NCBI RefSeq assembly: GCF_009914755.1
Contig: NC_060938.1
DNA length: 64,000 nt
Strand: one strand, 5' to 3'
Source: the human T2T-CHM13v2.0 reference genome, Homo sapiens
How positions within the stretch are numbered: the stretch's first letter is position 1; every line of letters starts with the position of its first letter. The notes beneath the pieces are model-generated. The model had not been told where the DNA came from and ran no database searches. It saw only the letters and a list, made by a program, of their open reading frames with translations. The position numbers were made by a program, and so were the translations under genes. This document shows, in pieces, positions 1-14,800 of this stretch.

Positions 1-519
1 CCATTCCATTCCATTCCATTCCATTCCATTCCATTCCACTCTGGTTGATTCCATTCCGTTCCTTTCCATTCCATTCCATTCCATTCCATTCCATTCCATT
101 CCACTCCATTCCAATCCATTCCATTCCACTCGGGTTGATACCATTGCATTCCATTCCATTCCATTCCATTCCACTCAGGTTGATTCCTTTCCATTCCATT
201 CCATTTTATTCCACTAAACTCGGGTTGATTCCATTCCATTCCATTCCACTGCATTCCATTCGTGTTGATTCCATTGCATTCCATTCCATTCCACTCCATT
301 CCATTCCATTTCATTCCTTTCCAGTTGATTCCATTCCTTTCCATTCCATTCCATTCCATTCCATTCCGTTCCATTCTACTCGGGTTGTTTCCATTCCATT
401 CCATTTCATTCTATTCGATTTCATTCCACTGGTGTTTATTCCATTCCAATCCATTCCATTCATTTCCATTCCATTCGGGTTTATACCATTTCATTCCATT
501 CCATTGCATTTCATTTCAT

Positions 520-2640
520 TCCATTCCTTTCCATTCTATTCCATTCCATTCCATTCCATTTGTGTTGATTCCATTCCATTCCATTCCATTCCATTCCATT
601 CCATTCCATTCCACTCCATTCCAATCCATTACATTCCACTCGGATTGAATCCTTTCCATTCCATTCCAATGCATTCCCTTCCATTCAATTCCACTCGGAT
701 TCAATCAATTCCATTCTATTCCATTCCGTTCTGTTCCACTCCATTCCATTGCATTCCATACCATTCCATTCCACTCGGGTTGATTCCATTGAATTCCATC
801 CCATTCCATTCCATTCCATTCTATTGCATTCCATTCCATTCCATTCCACTCGTGTTGATTCCCTTCCATTCCATTCCATTCCATTCCATTCCACTTTTGT
901 TGATTCCATACCGTTCCTTTCCATTGCATTCCATTCCATTCCATTCCATTCCATTCCATTCCATTCCATTCCATTCCGTTCCATTCCATTCGTGTTGATG
1001 CCATACCAATCCATACCATTCCATTCCATTTCATTCCATTCCGTTCCATTCCTTTCGTGTTGATTAAATTCCATTCCATTCCACTCCATTCCAATCCATT
1101 ACATTCCACTTGGGTTGAATCCATTCCTTTCCATTCCAATCCATTCCATTCCTTTCCAATCCATTCCTTTTCATTCAATTCCACATGGACTCAATCTATT
1201 CTTTCCATTCCATTCCGTTCTCTTCCATTCCCGTCCATTGCATTAGATACCAATCCATTCCACTTGGGATGATTCCATTCAATTCCATTATATTCCGTTC
1301 AATTCCGTTGAATTCCATTCCATTCCATTCCACACGGGTGGATTCCATTCCATTCCATTCCACTCGGGTGGATTCCATTCGATTCCATTCCATTCCAATC
1401 CATTCCATTCCATTCCACTCTGGTTGATTCCATTCCGTTCCTTCATTCCATTCCATTCCATTCCATTCCATTCCATTCCAATCCATTCCATTCCACTCCA
1501 CTCTGGTTGATTCCATTCCATTCCATTCCATTCCATTCCATTCCATTCCATTCCATTCCATTCCACTCGGGTTGATTCCATTCCATTCCATTCCATTTTA
1601 TTCCATTCCATTCCTTTCCATTCTATTCCATTCCATTCCATTCCATTTGTGTTGATTCCATTCCATTCCATTCCATTCCATTCCATTCCATTCCACTCCA
1701 TTCCAATCCATTACATTCCACTCGGGTTGAATCCTTTCCATTCCATTCCAATGCATTCCCTTCCATTCAATTCCACTCGGATTCAATCAATTCCATTCTA
1801 TTCCATTCCGTTCTGTTCCACTCCATTCCATTGCATTCCATACCATTCTATTCCACTCGGGTTGATTCCATTGAATTCCATCCCATTCCATTCCATTCCA
1901 TTCTATTGCATTCCATTCCATTCCATTCCACTCGTGTTGATTCCCTTCCATTCCATTCCATTCCATTCCATTCCACTTTTGTTGATTCCATTCCGTTCCT
2001 TTCCATTGCATTCCATTCCATTCCATTCCATTCCGTTCCATTCCATTCGTGTTGATGCCATTCCAATCCATACCATTCCATTCCATTTCATTCCATTCCG
2101 TTCCATTCCTTTGGTGTTGATTAAATTCCATTCCATTCCACTCCATTCCAATCCATTACATTCCACTTGGGTTGAATCCATTCCTTTCCATTCCAATCCA
2201 TTCCATTCCTTTCCAATCCATTCCTTTTCATTCAATTCCACATGGACTCAATCTATTCTTTCCATTCCATTCCGTTCTCTTCCATTCCAGTCCATTGCAT
2301 TAGATACCAATCCATTCCACTAGGGATGATTCCATTCAATTCCATTATATTCCGTTCAATTCCGTTGAATTCCATTCCATTCCATTCCACACGGGTGGAT
2401 TCCATTCCATTCCATTCCACTCGGGTGGATTCCATTCGATTCCATTCCATTCCAATCCATTCCATTCCATTCCACTCTGGTTGATTCCATTCCGTTCCTT
2501 CATTCCATTCCATTCCATTCCATTCCATTCCATTCCATTCCATTCCAATCCATTCCATTCCACTCCACTCTGGTTGATTCCATTCCATTCCATTCCATTC
2601 CACTCGGGTTGATTCCATTCCATTGCATTCCATTTTATTC
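520..2640 (+). repeat. ~1.07 kb tandem duplication within HSat3 (two copies)
   Basis: Landmarks recur at offsets of 1,057-1,082: 'catggactcaatctattctttcc' (~1,185/~2,242), 'gttgattaaattcc' (~1,060/~2,117), 'ccacacgggtgg' (~1,330/~2,387), 'gttccttcattcc' (~1,437/~2,494). Confidence 0.8.
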
Positions 2641-2899
2641 CATTCCATTCCGTTCCATTCCATTCCATTCCATACCATTCCACTCGGGTTGATTCCATAC
2701 CATTCCATTCCATTCCACTCCATTCCAATCCATTCCATTCCACTCGGGTTGATTCCATTCCATTCCATTCCATTCCATTCCATTCCATTCCATTGCATTC
2801 CATTCGTGTTGATTCCAATGCATTCCATTCATTCAACTCAATTCCAACCCATTTCATTCCATTCCAGTTGATTCCATTCCTTTCCATTCCATTCCATTC

Positions 2900-5800
2900 C
2901 ATTCCGTTCCATTCTACTCGGGTTGATTCCATTCCATTCCATTTCATTCCATTCGATTTCATTCCACTGGTGTTTATTCCATTCCACTCCATTCCATTCC
3001 ATTCCATTCGGGTTTATTCCATTCCATTCCATTCCATTCCATTCCATTGCATTCCATTCCTTTCCATTCTATTCCATTCCATTCCATTCCATTTGTGCTG
3101 ATTCCATTCCATTCCATTCCATTCCATTCCATTCCATTCCAATCCATTACATTCCACTCGGGTTGAATCCTTTCCATTCCATTCCAATGCATTCCCTTCC
3201 ATTCAATTTCACTCGGATTCAATCAATTCCATTCTATTCAATTCCGTTCTGTTCCACTCCATTCCATTGCATTCCATACCATTCCATTCCACTCGGGTTG
3301 ATTCCATTGAATTCCATCCCATTCCATTCCATTCCATTCTATTGCGTTCCATTCCATTCCATTCCACTCGTGTTGATTCCCTTCCATTCCATTCCATTCC
3401 ATTCCATTCCACTTTTTTTGATTCCATTCCGTTCCTTTCCATTGCGTTCCATTCCATTCCATTCCATTCCATTCCGTTCCATTCCATTCGTGTTGATGCC
3501 TTTCCAATCCATACCATTCCATTCCATTCCATTCCATTTCGTCCCATTCTTTTCGTGTTGATTCCATTCCATTCCATTCCACTCCATTCCAATCCATTAC
3601 ATTCCACTCGGGTTGAATCCATTCCTTTCCATTCCAATCCATTCCATTCCTTTCCAATCCATTCCATTCCATTCAATTCCACTTGGATTCAATCTATTCT
3701 TTCCATTCCATTCCATTCCATTCCATTGCATTAGATACCATTCCATTCCACTCGGGATGATTCCATTCAATTCCATTATATTCCGTTCAATTCCATTGCA
3801 TTCCATTCCATTCCATTCCACTCGGGTGGATTCCATTCCATTCCTTTCCATTCCATTCCATTCCATTCCACTCTGGTTGATTCCATTCCGTTCCTTTCCA
3901 GTCCATTGCATTCCATTCCATTACATTCCATTCCATTCCATTCCAATCCATTCCGTTCCACTCCACTCCCGTTGATTCCATTCCATTCCATTCCATTCCA
4001 TTCCATTCCACTCGGGTTGATTCCTTTCCTTTCCATTCCATTCCATTCCATTCCATTCCATTCCATTCCATTGCATTCCACTCCATTCCATTCCATTCCA
4101 TTCCACTCCATTCCAATCCATTCCATTCTACTCGGGTTGATTCCATTCCATTCCATTCCATTCCATTCCATTCCGATCCACTCAGGTTGATTCCTTTCCA
4201 TTCCATTCCATTTTATTCCACTCCACTCGTGTTGATTCCATTGCATTCCATTCCATTCCACTCCATTCCATTCCATTTCCTTCCATTCCAGTTGATTCCA
4301 CTCCTTTCCATTCCATTTCATTCCATTCCATTCCATTCCATTCCGTTCCATTCCATTCCATTCCATTCCATTCCGTTCCATTCTACTCGGGTTGATTCCA
4401 TTCCATTCCATTTCATTCCATTCGATTTCATCCCACAGGTGTTTATTCCATTCCACTCCATTCCATTCCATTCCATTCCATTTGTGTTGATTCCATTCCA
4501 TTCCATTCCATTCCACTCGATTCCAATCCATTACATTACACTCGGGTTGAATCCTTTCCATTCCATTCCAATGCATTCCCTTCCATTCAATTCCACTCGG
4601 ATACAATCAATTCCCTTCTATTCCATTCCGTTCTGTTCCACTCCATTCCATTGAATTCCATCCCATTCCATTCAATTCCATTCTAATGCATTCCATTCCA
4701 TTCCATTCCACTCGTGTTGATTCCCTTCCATTCCATTCCATTCCATTCCACTTTTGTTGATTCCATTCCGTTCCTTTCCATTGCATTCCATTCCATTCCA
4801 TTCCATTCCATTCCATTCCGTTCCATTCCATTCGTGTTGATGCCATTCCAATCCATACCATTCCATTCCATTTCATTCCATTCCGTTCCATTCCTTTCGT
4901 GTTGATTCCATTCCATTCCATTCCACTCCATTCCTATCCATTACATTCCACTTGTGTTGAATCCATTCCTTTCCATTCCAATCCATTCCATTCCTTTCCA
5001 ATCCATTCCATTCCATTCAATTCCACATGGACTCAATCTATTCTTTCCATTCCATTCCGTTCTGTTCCATTCCAGTCCATTGCATTAGATACCAATCCAT
5101 TCCACTTGTGATGATTCCATTCAATTCCATTATATTCCATTCAATTCCATTGAATTCCATTCCATTCCATTCCACTCGGGTGGATTCCATTCCATTCCCT
5201 TCCACTCGGGTGGAATCCATTCCATTCCATTCCATTCCAATCCATTCCATTCCTTTCCACTCTGGTTGATTCCATTCCGTTCCTTTCCATTCCATTCCAT
5301 TCCATTCCATTCCATTCCATTCCAATCCATTCCATTCCACTCCATTCTGATTGATTCCATTCCATTCCATTCCATTCCATTCCATTCCATTCCATTCCAT
5401 TCCACTCAGGTTGATTCCATTCCATTCCATTCCATTTTATTCCATTCCATTCCGTTCCATTCCATTCCATTCAATACCATTCCTCTCGGGTTGATTCCAT
5501 ACCATTCCATTCCATTCCACTCGGGTTGATTCTTTTCCATTCCATTCCAATCCATTCCATTCCATTCCATTCCACTCCATTCCATTCCATTCCATTCCAT
5601 TCCATTCTATTCCATTGCATTCCATTCCACTCAGGTTGATTCCATTCCATTCCATTCCATTTTATTCCATTCCATTCCGTTCCATTCCATTCCATTCCAT
5701 ACCATTCCTCTCGGGTTGATTCCATACCATTGCATTCCATTCCACTCGGGTTGATTCCATTCCATTCCATTCCATTTTATTCCACTCCACTCTGGTTGCT

Positions 5801-8800
5801 TCCATTCCATTCCATTCCATTCCATTCCATTCCATTCCATTCCATTCCATTCCATTCGTGTTGATTCCATTGCATTCCATTCATTCCCCTCCATTCCATT
5901 CCATTTCATTCCATTCCAGTTGATTCCATTCCTTTCCATTCCATTCCATTCCATTCCATTCCGTTCCATTCTACTCGGGTTGATTCCATTACATTCCATT
6001 TCATTCCATTCGATTTCATTCCACTGGTGTTTATTCCATTCCACTCCATTCCATTCATTTCCATTCCAGTCGGGTTTATTCCATTTCATTCCATTCCATT
6101 GCATTCCATTCCTTTCCATTCTATTCCATTCCATTCCATTCCATTTGTGTTGATTCCATTCCATTCCATTCCATTCCATTCCACTCCATTCCAATCCATT
6201 ACATTCCACTCGGGTTGAATCCTTTCCATTCCATTCCAATGCATTCCCTTCCATTCAATTCCACTCGGATACAATCAATTCCATTCTATTCCATTCCGTT
6301 CTGTTCCACTCCATTCCATTGCATTCCATACCATTCCATTCCACTCGGGTTGATTCCATTCAATTCCATCCCATTCCATTGCATTCCATTCTATTGCGTT
6401 CCATTCCATTCCATTCCACTCGTGTTGATTCCCTTCCATTCCATTCCATTTCATTCCACTTGGGTTGATTTCATTCCGTTCCTTTCCATTGCATTCCATT
6501 CCATTCCATTCCATTCCATTCCGTTCCATTCCATTCGTGTTGATGTCATTCCAATCCATACCATTCCTTTCCATTCCATTCCATTCCGTCCCGTTCTTTT
6601 CGTGTTGATTCCATTCCATTCCATTCCACTCCATTCCAATCCATTACATTCCACTCGGGTTGAATCCATTCCTTTCCATTCCAATCCGTTCCATTCCTTT
6701 CCAATCCATTCCATTCCATTCAATTCCACTTGGATTCAATCTATTCTTTCCATTCCATTCCATTCTGTTCCATTCCATTCCATTGCATTAGATACCATTC
6801 CATTCCACTCGGGATGATTCCATTCAATTCCATTATATTCCGTTCAATTCTATTGCATTCCATTCCATTCCATTCCACTCGGGTGGATTCCATTCCATTC
6901 CATTCCATTCCATTCCATTCCATTCCATTCCATTCCATTCCACTTGGGTTGATTCCATTCCGTTCCATTCCATTCCATTCCATTCCATTCCATTCCATTC
7001 CATTCCACTCCATTCCAATCCATTCCATTCCACTCGGGTTGATACCATTCCATTCCATTCCATTCCATTCCATTCCACTCAGGTTGATTCCTTTCCATTC
7101 CATTCCATTTTATTCCACTAAACTCGGGTTGATTCCATTCCATTCCATTCCATTGCATTCCATTCGTGTTGATTCCATTGCATTCCATTCCATTCCACTC
7201 CATTCCATTCCATTTCATTCCTTTCCAGTTGATTCCATTCCTTTCCATTCCATTCCATTCCATTCCATTCCGTTCCTTTCCATTGCATTCCATTCCATTC
7301 CATTCTATTCCATTCCATTCCATGCCGTTCCATTCCATTCGTGTTGATGCCATTCCAATCCATTCCATTCCATTCCATTTCATTCCATTCCGTTCCATTC
7401 CTTTCGTGTTGATTCCATTCCATTCCATTCCACTCCATTCCTATCCATTACATTCCACTTGTGTTGAATCCATTCCTTTCCATTCCAATCCATTCCATTC
7501 CTTTCCAATCCATTCCATTCCATTCAATTCCACATGGACTCAATCTATTCTTTCCATTCCATTCCGTTCTGTTCCATTCCAGTCCATTGCATTAGATACC
7601 AATCCATTCCACTTGTGATGATTCCATTCAATTCCATTATATTCCGTTCAATTCCATTGAATTCCATTCCATTCCATTCCACTCGGGTGGATTCCATTCC
7701 ATTCCCTTCCACTCGGCTGGAATCCATTCCATTCCATTCCATTCCAATCCATTCCATTCCTTTCCACTCTGGTTGATTCCATTCCGTTCCTTTCCATTCC
7801 ATTCCATTCCATTCCATTCCATTCCATTCCATTCCATTCCAATCCATTCCATTCCACTCCATTATGGTTGATTCCATTCCATTCCATTCCATTCCATTCC
7901 ATTCCATTCCATTCCATTCCATTCCATTCCACTCAAGTTGATTCCATTCCATTCCATTCCATTTTATTCCATTCCATTCCGTTCCATTCCATTCCATTCA
8001 ATACCATTCCTCTCGGGTTGATTCCATACCATTCCATTCCATTCCACTCGGGTTGATTCTTTTCCATTCCATTCCAATCCATTCCATTCCATTCCATTCC
8101 ACTCCATTCCATTCCATTCCATTCCATTCCATTCCATTCTATTCCATTGCATTGCATTCCACTCAGGTTGATTACATTCCATTCCATTCCATTTTATTCC
8201 ATTCCATTCCGTTCCATTCCATTCCATTCCATACCATTCCTCTCGGGTTGATTCCATACCATTCCATTCCGTTCCACTCGGGTTGATTCCATTCCATTCC
8301 ATTCCATTTTATTCCACTCCACTCTGGTTGCTTCCATTCCATTCCATTCCATTCCATTCCATTCCATTCCATTCCATTCCATTCCATTGCATTCCATTCG
8401 TGTTGATTCCATTGCATTCCATTCATTCCCCTCCATTCCATTCCATTTCATTCCATTCCAGTTGATTCCATTCCTTTCCATTCCATTCCATTCCATTCCA
8501 TTCCATTCCGTTCCATTCTACTCGGGTTGATTCCATTCCATTCCATTTCATTCCATTCGATTTCATTCCACTGGTGTTTATTCCATTCCACTCCATTCCA
8601 TTCATTTCCATTCCAGTCGGGTTTATTCCATTTCATTCCATTCCATTGCATTCCATTCCTTTCCATTCTATTCCATTCCATTCCATTCCATTTGTGTTGA
8701 TTCCATTCCATTCCATTCCATTCCATTCCACTCCATTCCAATCCATTACATTCCACTCGGGTTGAATCCTTTCCATTCCATTCCAATGCATTCCCTTCCA

Positions 8801-11800
8801 TTCAATTCCACTCGGATACAATCAATTCCATTCTATTCCATTCCGTTCTGTTCCACTCCATTCCATTGCATTCCATACCATTCCATTCCACTCGGGTTGA
8901 TTCCATTGAATTCCATCCCATTCCATTCCATTCCATTTTATTGCATTCCATTCCATTCCATTCCACTCGTGTTGATTCCCTTCCATTCCATTCCATTCCA
9001 TTCCACTTTTGTTGATTCCATTCCGTTCCTTTCCATTGCATTCCCTTCCATTCCATTCCATTCCATTCCATTCCATTCCGTTCCATTCCATTCGTGTTGA
9101 TGCCATTCCAATCCATACCATTCCATTCTATTTCATTCCATTCCGTTCCATTCCTTTCGTGTTGATTAAATTCCATTCCATTCCATTCCATTCCAATCCA
9201 TTCCATTCCACTCCACTCTAGTTGATTCCATTCCATTACATTCCATTCCATTTCATTCCACTCGGGTTGATTCCATTTCATTCCATTCCATTTTATTAAA
9301 TTCCATTCCGTTCCATTACTTTCCATTCCATACCATTCGACTCGGGTTGATTCCATACCATTCCATTCCATTCCACTCGGGTTGATTCTTTCCCATTCCA
9401 TTCCATTCCATTCCGTTCCATTCCATTCCATTCCACTCCATTCCATTCCATTCCATTCCACTCCATTCCAATACATTCCATTCCACTCGGGTTGATTCCA
9501 TTCCATTCCATTCCATTTTAGTCCACTCCACTCGGGTTAATTCCATTCCATTGCATTCCATTCCATTCCATTCCATTCCATCCCATTCCATTCCATTCCA
9601 TTCCATTGAATTCCAATCTTGTTGATTCCATTGCATCCCATTCATTCCACTCAATTCCATTCCATTTCATTCCATTCCAGTTGATTCTATTCCTTTCCAT
9701 TCCATTCCATTCCATTCCGTTCCGTTCCATTCTACTCGGGTTGATTCCATTCCATTCCATTTCATTACATTCGATTTCATTCCACTGGTGTTTATTCCAT
9801 TCCACTCCATTCTATTCCATTCCTTTCGGGTTTATTCCATTTCATTCCATTCCATTCCATTCCATTGCATTCCATTCCTTTCCATTCTATTCCATTCCAT
9901 TCCATTCAATTTGTGTTGCTTCCATTCCATTCCATGCCATTCCATTCCACTCCATTCCAATCCATTACATTGCACTCGGGTTGAATCCTTTCCATTCCAT
10001 TCCAATGCATTCCCTTCCATTCAATTCCACACGGATTCAATCAATTCCATTCTATTCCATTCCATTCCATTCCATTCCATTGCATTCCATTCGTGTTGAT
10101 TCCATTGCATTCCATTCCATTCCACTCCATTCCATGCCATTTCATTCCATTCCAGTTGATTCCATTCCTTTCCATTCCATTCCATTCCGTTCCATTCCGT
10201 TCCATTCTACTCGGGTTGATTCCATTCCATTCCATTTCATTCCATTCGATTTCATTCCACTGGTGTTTATTCCATTCCACTCCATTCCATTCCATTCCAT
10301 TCGGGTTTATTCCATTCCATTCCATTCCATTCCATTCCATTGCATTCCATTCCTTTCCATTCTATTCCATTCCATTCCATTCCATTTGTGCTGATTCCAT
10401 TCCATTCCATTCCATTCCATTCCATTCCATTCCAATCCATTACATTCCACTCGGGTTGAATCCTTTCCATTCCATTCCAATGCATTCCCTTCCATTCAAT
10501 TTCACTCGGATTCAATCAATTCCATTCTATTCAATTCCGTTCTGTTCCACTCCATTCCATTGCATTCCATACCATTCCATTCCACTCGGGTTGATTCCAT
10601 TGAATTCCATCCCATTCCATTCCATTCCATTCTATTGCGTTCCATTCCATTCCATTCCACTCGTGTTGATTCCCTTCCATTCCATTCCATTCCATTCCAT
10701 TCCACTTTTTTTGATTCCATTCCGTTCCTTTCCATTGCGTTCCATTCCATTCCATTCCATTCCATTCCGTTCCATTCCATTCGTGTTGATGCCTTTCCAA
10801 TCCATACCATTCCATTCCATTCCATTCCATTTCGTCCCATTCTTTTCGTGTTGATTCCATTCCATTCCATTCCACTCCATTCCAATCCATTACATTCCAC
10901 TCGGGTTGAATCCATTCCTTTCCATTCCAATCCATTCCATTCCTTTCCAATCCATTCCATTCCATTCAATTCCACTTGGATTAAATCTATTCTTTCCATT
11001 CCATTCCATTCCATTCCATTGCATTAGATACCATTCCATTCCACTCGGGATGATTCCATTCAATTCCATTATATTCCGTTCAATTCCATTGCATTCCATT
11101 CCATTCCATTCCACTCGGGTGGATTCCATTCCATTCCTTTCCATTCCATTCCATTCCATTCCACTCTGGTTGATTCCATTCCGTTCCTTTCCAGTCCATT
11201 GCATTCCATTCCATTCCATTCCATTCCATTCCATTCCAATCCATTCCGTTCCACTCCACTCCCGTTGATTCCATTCCATTCCATTCCATTCCATTCCATT
11301 CCACTCGGGTTGATTCCTTTCCTTTCCATTCCATTCCATTCCATTCCATTCCATTCCATTCCATTGCATTCCACTCCATTCCATTCCATTCCATTCCACT
11401 CCATTCCAATCCATTCCATTCTACTCGGGTTGATTCCATTCCATTCCATTCCATTCCATTCCATTCCGATCCACTCAGGTTGATTCCTTTCCATTCCATT
11501 CCATTTTATTCCACTCCACTCGTGTTGATTCCATTGCATTCCATTCCATTCCACTCCATTCCATTCCATTTCCTTCCATTCCAGTTGATTCCACTCCTTT
11601 CCATTCCATTTCATTCCATTCCATTCCATTCCATTCCGTTCCATTCCATTCCATTCCATTCCATTCCGTTCCATTCTACTCGGGTTGATTCCATTCCATT
11701 CCATTTCATTCCATTCGATTTCATCCCACAGGTGTTTATTCCATTCCACTCCATTCCATTCCATTCCATTCCATTTGTGTTGATTCCATTCCATTCCATT

Positions 11801-14800
11801 CCATTCCACTCGATTCCAATCCATTACATTCCACTCGGGTTGAATCCTTTCCATTCCATTCCAATGCATTCCCTTCCATTCAATTCCACTCGGATACAAT
11901 CAATTCCCTTCTATTCCATTCCGTTCTGTTCCACTCCATTCCATTGAATTCCATCCCATTCCATTCAATTCCATTCTAATGCATTCCATTCCATTCCATT
12001 CCACTCGTGTTGATTCCCTTCCATTCCATTCCATTCCATTCCACTTTTGTTGATTCCATTCCGTTCCTTTCCATTGCATTCCATTCCATTCCATTCCATT
12101 CCATTCCATTCCGTTCCATTCCATTCGTGTTGATGCCATTCCAATCCATACCATTCCATTCCATTTCATTCCATTCCGTTCCATTCCTTTCGTGTTGATT
12201 CCATTCCATTCCATTCCACTCCATTCCTATCCATTACATTCCACTTGTGTTGAATCCATTCCTTTCCATTCCAATCCATTCCATTCCTTTCCAATCCATT
12301 CCATTCCATTCAATTCCACATGGACTCAATCTATTCTTTCCATTCCATTCCGTTCTGTTCCATTCCAGTCCATTGCATTAGATACCAATCCATTCCACTT
12401 GTGATGATTCCATTCAATTCCATTATATTCCATTCAATTCCATTGAATTCCATTCCATTCCATTCCACTCGGGTGGATTCCATTCCATTCCCTTCCACTC
12501 GGGTGGAATCCATTCCATTCCATTCCATTCCAATCCATTCCATTCCTTTCCACTCTGGTTGATTCCATTCCGTTCCTTTCCATTCCATTCCATTCCATTC
12601 CATTCCAATCCATTCCATTCCACTCCATTCTGATTGATTCCATTCCATTCCATTCCATTCCATTCCATTCCATTCCATTCCATTCCATTCCACTCAGGTT
12701 GATTCCATTCCATTCCATTCCATTTTATTCCATTCCATTCCGTTCCATTCCATTCCATTCAATACCATTCCTCTCGGGTTGATTCCATACCATTCCATTC
12801 CATTCCACTCGGGTTGATTCTTTTCCATTCCATTCCAATCCATTCCTTTCCATTCCATTCCATTCCACTCCATTCCATTCCATTCCATTCCATTCCATTC
12901 TATTCCATTGCATTCCATTCCACTCAGGTTGATTCCATTCCATTCCATTCCATTTTATTCCATTCCATTCCGTTCCATTCCATTCCATTCCATACCATTC
13001 CTCTCGGGTTGATTCCATACCATTGCATTCCATTCCACTCGGGTTGATTCCATTCCATTCCATTCCATTTTATTCCACTCCACTCTGGTTGCTTCCATTC
13101 CATTCCATTCCATTCCATTCCATTCCATTCCATTCCATTCCATTCGTGTTGATTCCATTGCATTCCATTCATTCCCCTCCATTCCATTCCATTTCATTCC
13201 ATTCCAGTTGATTCCATTCCTTTCCATTCCATTCCATTCCATTCCATTCCATTCCGTTCCATTCTACTCGGGTTGATTCCATTCCATTCCATTTCATTCC
13301 ATTCGATTTCATTCCACTGGTGTTTATTCCATTCCACTCCATTCCATTCATTTCCATTCCAGTCGGGTTTATTCCATTTCATTCCATTCCATTGCATTCC
13401 ATTCCTTTCCATTCTATTCCATTCCATTCCATTCCATTTGTGTTGATTCCATTCCATTCCATTCCATTCCATTCCACTCCATTCCAATCCATTACATTCC
13501 ACTCGGGTTGAATCCTTTCCATTCCATTCCAATGCATTCCCTTCCATTCAATTCCACTCGGATACAATCAATTCCATTCTATTCCATTCCGTTCTGTTCC
13601 ACTCCATTCCATTGCATTCCATACCATTCCATTCCACTCGGGTTGATTCCATTCAATTCCATCCCATTCCATTGCATTCCATTCTATTGCGTTCCATTCC
13701 ATTCCATTCCACTCGTGTTGATTCCCTTCCATTCCATTCCATTTCATTCCACTTGGGTTGATTTCATTCCGTTCCTTTCCATTGCATTCCATTCCATTCC
13801 ATTCCATTCCATTCCGTTCCATTCCATTCGTGTTGATGTCATTCCAATCCATACCATTCCTTTCCATTCCATTCCATTCCGTCCCGTTCTTTTCGTGTTG
13901 ATTCCATTCCATTCCATTCCACTCCATTCCAATCCATTACATTCCACTCGGGTTGAATCCATTCCTTTCCATTCCAATCCATTCCATTCCTTTCCAATCC
14001 ATTCCATTCCATTCAATTCCACTTGGATTCAATCTATTCTTTCCATTCCATTCCATTCTGTTCCATTCCATTCCATTGCATTAGATACCATTCCATTCCA
14101 CTCGGGATGATTCCATTCAATTCCATTATATTCCGTTCAATTCTATTGCATTCCATTCCATTCCATTCCACTCGGGTGGATTCCATTCCATTCCATTCCA
14201 TTCCATTCCATTCCATTCCATTCCATTCCATTCCACTTGGGTTGATTCCATTCCGTTCCATTCCATTCCATTCCATTCCATTCCATTCCATTCCATTCCA
14301 TTCCACTCCATTCCAATCCATTCCATTCCACTCGGGTTGATACCATTCCATTCCATTCCATTCCATTCCATTCCACTCAGGTTGATTCCTTTCCATTCCA
14401 TTCCATTTTATTCCACTAAACTCGGGTTGATTCCATTCCATTCCATTCCATTGCATTCCATTCGTGTTGATTCCATTGCATTCCATTCCATTCCACTCCA
14501 TTCCATTCCATTTCATTCCTTTCCAGTTGATTCCATTCCTTTCCATTCCATTCCATTCCATTCCATTCCGTTCCTTTCCATTGCATTCCATTCCATTCCA
14601 TTCTATTCCATTCCATTCCATGCCGTTCCATTCCATTCGTGTTGATGCCATTCCAATCCATTCCATTCCATTCCATTTCATTCCATTCCGTTCCATTCCT
14701 TTCGTGTTGATTCCATTCCATTCCATTCCACTCCATTCCTATCCATTACATTCCACTTGTGTTGAATCCATTCCTTTCCATTCCAATCCATTCCATTCCT

